From positions 1 through 40,894 of the forward strand of contig CAYOVM010000007.1 of assembly GCA_964407355.1 (NCBI GenBank): a stretch of 40,894 bases of DNA, in the 5' to 3' direction. Numbering within the stretch: the stretch's first letter is position 1; each line of letters begins with the position of its first letter. Shown in pieces: positions 36,289 through 40,894 of this stretch. The notes beneath the pieces were generated by a model. The model was not told the DNA's origin and did not search any database. It was given only the letters and a program-made list of their open reading frames with translations. The DNA comes from an uncultured Enterobacteriaceae bacterium (GTDB taxonomy: Bacteria > Pseudomonadota > Gammaproteobacteria > Burkholderiales > SG8-39). Made by a program: the position numbers and the translations under genes.

Positions 36289-36717
36289 GGGCTCGGGCGC
36301 GCGGTTGACCGTGAGCCAGTAATCCTTCACCGCCTTCGCCATCGTCAGCAGCGCCTCGAACTCGGCCGGCTTCACCAGGTAGCCGTTCGCGCCGAGCAGG
36401 TACGCGGCCTGGACGTCGCCGTCGAACGTGGAAGCGCTGAGCAGCAGCACCGGCAGCGTGCAGACGGCGGATCGGGTGCGCACCCATTCGAGCACTTCCA
36501 GGCCCGAGCGCCCGGGCAGCTTCTGGTCGAGCAGCAGGAGGCAGGGCAGCGGATGCGCGGCGCGATCGGCGTACGGGCCGGTCCCGGCGAGATAGTGGAT
36601 CGCCGCGTCGCCGTCGCGCACCACCTCGATCGGGTTCTTCACGCCGGCTTTCTGGAATGCCCGAAGGGTGAGGAACGCGCCGGCCTGGTCGTCGTCGGCG
36701 AGCAGAATAGGTTGCAT
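36277..36717 (-). CDS. Stand-alone CheY-like receiver domain protein
   Basis: 146 aa. Motifs: ILLADDD, phospho-acceptor context [24 protein letters not shown]. No output domain. Confidence 0.85.
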   Translation of the reverse strand: MQPILLADDDQAGAFLTLRAFQKAGVKNPIEVVRDGDAAIHYLAGTGPYADRAAHPLPCLLLLDQKLPGRSGLEVLEWVRTRSAVCTLPVLLLSASTFDGDVQAAYLLGANGYLVKPAEFEALLTMAKAVKDYWLTVNRAPEPSPR

Positions 36718-36731
36718 AGTACGATTCTACG

Positions 36732-37374
<643 letters not shown>

Positions 37375-37391
<17 letters not shown>

Positions 37392-38496
37392 TCCTGCGCA
37401 GGTCTTCCACCAGTCCGACCAGGCGCGCCGTCTGGCGCTCGATCACCTCCACCGCCTTGCGCGGGTCCTCGTCGAGCCCGGCCTTCTTCAGCGCCCCCAC
37501 GGAATTGCTGATCGGCCCGAGGATGTTGCGGAACTCGTGCGCGAGCATCCCGAGGAACTTGCGCGTGCGCTCGTCGGAGGCCTCGTGGCGCTTCTGCTCG
37601 GTCAGGTCCGCGAACAGGAACAGCTTGTGCCCGTCGAGCGTGGTCATCGTCGCGAGCGCCACCGGCCGCTCGCCGTTCGCGCTGCGCAGGCGCAATTCCG
37701 CCTGGGCGTGGTCCTTCGCCTGGAGCATCGCCTGGAACGCCGGCCGGTCGCTCTCGACGATCAGCTCCGCGAGCCGGCTGCCGACGAGGTGGCGGTGCGG
37801 CGTGGCGACCATCGCCTGGAAGCGCTCGTTGGTATAGACGATCTCGCCGGCGCCGGAAAGCGTGACGGCGCCCTGGCGCATGCGCTCGACCATCACCCGG
37901 TACGGAGTGTTCGCGGACTCGAGCACCAGCACCTGCTTGTCGTCGACCACGAACGCGTCGACGGCGCCCTTGCGGATCGCCTCGAGCGTCTCTTCGGCCT
38001 CCCGGAGCTCGTCCTTTTCCGTGCGCAGGGCGGTGACGAGCAGCGTCACGAAGTCGTCGCTCGCGCTGACCATCGACACGCGCGCCGGAAGCGTGCCGCC
38101 GTCCCGGCGAACGAGCGCGAGCTCGATGTCGCGCTGGCCGGCCCGGCCCGACTTGAGGACCTCCGCCAGCCTGCGGTCCGCGGGGGCGAGCCACTGCTCG
38201 AGCGGCGTGCGAAGGACATCGATGGGGGAATGCCCGAGCATCGCCGCGAAGCTGTGGTTGGTGAAGAGGATGTCGCCGGAGCCCGAGATCGTCACGGCGC
38301 CTTGCTGCATGTCCTCGACGATCTGCCGGTAGCGCGTGTACGCCCCGGAGAGCAGCAGCACGCGCTTCTGCTCGTCGGATTTGCCGACCACCACCGCGTC
38401 CACCTCGCCGTGCCGGATCGCCAGGCAGATCTCCTGCGCTTCGCGCAGGCTCTCGCGCAAAGCGGCGATCTCATGGTCGGGGTTGGATGTGCTCAT
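37375..38496 (-). CDS. PAS-PAS-DHp (HisKA) protein lacking a catalytic HATPase_c domain
   Basis: 373 aa. It is an internal duplication of (LREAxE..xAIRxGxVDAxVV ... MxQGAVT(I/L)SGxGxIx(F/Y)TN) PAS units. H-box FLGMLAHEFRNILGPI (His codon 37537-37539). DHp helix 2 reads IERQTARLVGLVEDLRRINPKE, then TAA at 37375-37377. Confidence 0.8.
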
Positions 38497-38534
38497 GGTG
38501 GAAATCCTTTACCTCGAAGGCGCCTCGAGGAGCC

Positions 38535-38858
38535 TCAGGAAGAAGAGGGTCGCGGGCGCAGGTCGAGCCCGACCAGGGTGCGGTCCACGTCGGAAAGGTC
38601 GCCGATGATCTTGCGGATCGGGTCGGGAAGCTTGCGCACCAGCGTCGGGATGGCGATGATCTGGTGGTCCTTCGCGAGGCGCGGATTCTGCAGGAGGTCG
38701 ACGACCTCGATGTCGTAGCGGCCGGGCAGGTGCTCCTCGCAGACCTTCTTCAGATTGCGGATCGCCGCGAGGGACTTGGGCGTCTGGCCGGCGGTATAAA
38801 GCCGCAGCTCCCAACGTTCGTTCGCGGGGCTGCTCGCGGATTTCGATGAAGCGCTCAT
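38535..38858 (-). CDS. kaiB: Circadian clock protein KaiB
   Basis: 107 aa. [29 protein letters not shown]...[51 protein letters not shown]. The ATG overlaps the kaiC TGA (ATGA, 38855-38858). Confidence 0.92.
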   Translation of the reverse strand: MSASSKSASSPANERWELRLYTAGQTPKSLAAIRNLKKVCEEHLPGRYDIEVVDLLQNPRLAKDHQIIAIPTLVRKLPDPIRKIIGDLSDVDRTLVGLDLRPRPSSS

Positions 38859-40618
38859 TTCCCCTTTCCCCTGGTCGAATCGTTTTTCGAAACGGCGTCG
38901 GCCCCGCGCCGGCGGGCCGCCGCCTCGCGGTCCTGCCGCAGCAACGCCTCGCTCGCCTTGTCCTGCGCGGCGATCTGCGCGGCCTCGGTTTCCGTCGCCT
39001 CGAACTCGGCGCGCAGCGAGGCGATCTGCGCCTCGAGCGCCGCGCGGCGGCGCTCCAGCTCGCGCTGCTTGTGCTCGATCTCCTGGCTCCGCCTGAGGGC
39101 CTCGCCCCGCTCGCGCGCTTCCTGCGCCGCGCGCATGGAGCCGGTGAGCACCCCTTCGGGACCGACATAGACGTCCTCGAGCTGAACGCCCTCGGAAGTC
39201 AGCAGGAACTCGCGGATCTGGTTGGAATGCTTCATGCCGCGCGACTTGAGCACGTACATCCCGCGGTTGCGCTCGCCGCCGAGCTCGATGTCCCGCAGCA
39301 GCAGCCAGGTGTCGATGATCGAGGAGATGCCGATGTCGGTCTTCTCCCAGGCGTTGCCGCCCGCGGTCAGGTTGGTCATGAAGGCGGTGATCTGGCGGGC
39401 CTTGAGGAAGTCCACCAGGCGCAGCAGCATCGACTCGGCGTCGGCGCCGCTGCCGCTCGCGGTGAAGTTGCTGATCGGATCGACGATCACGGCGGCGGGC
39501 TCGAAGTCCCTCACCATCTTGTGTATCTGCACGAGATGCATCTCCAGCCCCTGGAACGTGGGGCGGGAGGCGTGGATCTTCAAGAGGCTCTTCCTGATGA
39601 AGGGCTCGAGGTCGATGCCGATGCTGCGCATGTTGCGCACGATCTGGGTCGGCGACTCCTCGAAGGCGAGATAGAGGCAGCGCTCGCCCCGGCGGCAGCT
39701 CTCCGCCGCGAAGTGCGCGGCGAGGCTCGACTTGCCGGTGCCCGCCGTGCCGGAGACGAGGATCGACGAGCCGCGGAAGTAGCCCTTGCCGCCCAGCATC
39801 GCGTCCAGCCGGGGAATGCCGCTCGAAATGCGCTCGTCGCTCACCGCGTGGTCGAGGCTCACCGAGGTGAGCGGCAGCACCGAGAAGCCGGCCTCGTCGA
39901 TGAGGAACGGATATTCGTTCGTGCCGTGGGTGGTGCCGCGGTACTTCACGATCCGCAGGCGGCGCGTCGAGACGTTCTCCGCGACGCGGTGATCGAGCAG
40001 GATCACGCAGTCGGAAACGTACTCCTCGAGCCCCTGGCGCGTGAGCGCGCCGTCGCCGCGCTCGGCGGTGATGACCGCGGAGACGCCCTTGTCCTTCAGC
40101 CAGCGGAAGAGGCGCCGCAGCTCCGAGCGCAGGATCGCCTGGTTGTTGAAGCCGCCGAACAGCGTCTCCAGCGTGTCGAGCACCACGCGCTTCGCGCCGA
40201 TCGAGTCGATCGCGAGCCCGAGGCGCACGAACAGGCCCTCGAGGTCGAACTCGCCGGTCTCCTCGATCTCCGAGCGCTCGATGCGCACGTAGTCGATGGA
40301 GAGCTTCTCCTTCGCCTGCAGCTCGTCGAGATCGAAGCCGAGCGAGCGCACGTTCTGCGTCAGCTCCTCGGCGGTTTCCTCGAACGCGATGAACGCGCCG
40401 GGCTCGTCGAACTCGGTGGCGCCGCGCACCAGGAATTCCATCGCGAGCAGCGTCTTGCCGCAGCCCGCCGCGCCGCACACCAGCGTCGGCCGGCCTCTCG
40501 GCAAGCCGCCGCCGGTGATCTCGTCCAGGCCGGCGATGCCGGTCGGAACTTTCGGCAGCGTGACTGCGGCCGTGGGCCGGACTGCCTTTAGCACCGCCTT
40601 GGCGGTTTTATCCCGCAT
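38855..40618 (-). CDS. kaiC: KaiC with an extended C-terminal tail (KaiC2-like)
   Basis: 587 aa. [17 protein letters not shown] Walker A GAAGCGKT with FEET. CII Walker A GTAGTGKS with FEES. Phosphosite region [14 protein letters not shown]. The ~95-aa tail is rich in A/E/R/Q ([43 protein letters not shown]...). Confidence 0.95.
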   Translation of the reverse strand: MRDKTAKAVLKAVRPTAAVTLPKVPTGIAGLDEITGGGLPRGRPTLVCGAAGCGKTLLAMEFLVRGATEFDEPGAFIAFEETAEELTQNVRSLGFDLDELQAKEKLSIDYVRIERSEIEETGEFDLEGLFVRLGLAIDSIGAKRVVLDTLETLFGGFNNQAILRSELRRLFRWLKDKGVSAVITAERGDGALTRQGLEEYVSDCVILLDHRVAENVSTRRLRIVKYRGTTHGTNEYPFLIDEAGFSVLPLTSVSLDHAVSDERISSGIPRLDAMLGGKGYFRGSSILVSGTAGTGKSSLAAHFAAESCRRGERCLYLAFEESPTQIVRNMRSIGIDLEPFIRKSLLKIHASRPTFQGLEMHLVQIHKMVRDFEPAAVIVDPISNFTASGSGADAESMLLRLVDFLKARQITAFMTNLTAGGNAWEKTDIGISSIIDTWLLLRDIELGGERNRGMYVLKSRGMKHSNQIREFLLTSEGVQLEDVYVGPEGVLTGSMRAAQEARERGEALRRSQEIEHKQRELERRRAALEAQIASLRAEFEATETEAAQIAAQDKASEALLRQDREAAARRRGADAVSKNDSTRGKGK

Positions 40619-40708
40619 GGTGAAAAGCTTCGCCTGCCAAGAGAAGGAAGAGGGATAGCAACGAGAGCGGGCTAAGGGTAGCCGGTAAAAACCCTACAAG
40701 CAAGCCGA

Positions 40709-40736
40709 CGCCCGCGGTCGTTGCAGACCGCGGGCG
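40709..40736. terminator. Perfect 11-bp GC-rich hairpin (CGCCCGCGGTC-GTTGCA-GACCGCGGGCG)
   Basis: Read directly. It lies 21 nt downstream of the enolase-like stop (minus strand) and upstream of kaiC. T-rich but non-contiguous tracts follow on both strands. Confidence 0.45.
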
Positions 40737-40757
40737 CGTAATCTTTACTCTTTCGGA

Positions 40758-40894
40758 TTATCTGAACAATTTTCGCGCCGGGTAGAGAAGCGCTTTCGCG
40801 CCGAGCGACTCCTCGATGCGCAGGCCCTCGTTCCACTTGGCCATGCGCTCTGAGCGGGCGAAGCTTCCCACCTTGAGCTGCGGCACGCCCCAGC
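40758..40894 (-). CDS. 3' end of an enolase-family protein (partial; starts beyond the window)
   Basis: Minus strand reads ...[44 protein letters not shown]. Compare the enolase C-terminus I recall: [30 protein letters not shown]. Too short for the ORF track. Confidence 0.55.
   Translation of the reverse strand, partial: WGVPQLKVGSFARSERMAKWNEGLRIEESLGAKALLYPARKLFR

Noticed and set aside
38535-40591. 647-aa minus ORF (38535-40478) and 581-aa plus ORF (38846-40591) overlapping kaiC.
   Set aside because: Only the last 107 aa of the 647-aa ORF, from ATG 38858, are real (kaiB). The remainder is an alternative frame of kaiC, and the plus ORF is antisense to it. Neither shows domain motifs.
40619-40708. 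kaiC upstream region examined for promoter and SD elements (TTGCTT-N17-TACCCT; pyrimidine tract CCCTCTTCCTTCTCTT).
   Set aside because: The -10 match is poor (3/6) and no SD precedes ATG 40618. This is not strong enough to report as a feature. The kaiC start could be slightly different, but no better in-frame ATG exists.

Overview
GC-rich, densely coding bacterial chromosomal segment, probably proteobacterial. That guess rests on the expansion of Bug/TctC solute-binding genes and is inference only. I support 35 protein-coding genes, two of them truncated by the window edges. I found no rRNA, tRNA, CRISPR array, transposase or integrase.

Gene content, in order:
- A reverse-transsulfuration operon: CBS-domain cystathionine beta-synthase, cystathionine gamma-lyase, M28 peptidase, TctC. 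It lies divergent from an overlapping pair made of an atypical class-I methyltransferase and an MTHFR-like gene.
- Five Bug/TctC paralogs, each attached to a different small enzyme cassette: a heme-oxygenase-like di-iron enzyme; PdxA-family plus SDR; LVIVD propeller plus PuuE-like deacetylase.
- A PhnD-like binding protein coupled to a membrane PAS-GGDEF-EAL protein.
- A roughly 2,484-aa REC-(PAS/GAF)n-GGDEF-EAL c-di-GMP protein built from diverged tandem modules.
- A DUF202 gene and a DUF4139 gene, an aldo/keto reductase, and a Tat-signal amidohydrolase.
- A LivKHMGF-type ABC operon with an embedded TauE/SafE permease and a trailing orphan PaaA-like di-iron protein.
- A KaiA-less kaiC-kaiB locus.

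The two most interesting items:
1. The kai locus. KaiC carries a long coiled-coil-like C-terminal tail and a Ser-Ser phosphosite. It is followed by a PAS-PAS protein that ends exactly after its DHp (HisKA) domain, with no ATPase domain. Next to it lie an orphan ABC ATPase and a stand-alone receiver.
2. The giant modular GGDEF-EAL protein, in which every canonical GAF copy carries a conserved two-cysteine motif.

Most long ORFs in the six-frame track are alternative-frame or antisense artefacts of the high GC content. All family assignments come from motif recognition by eye; no database search was run.
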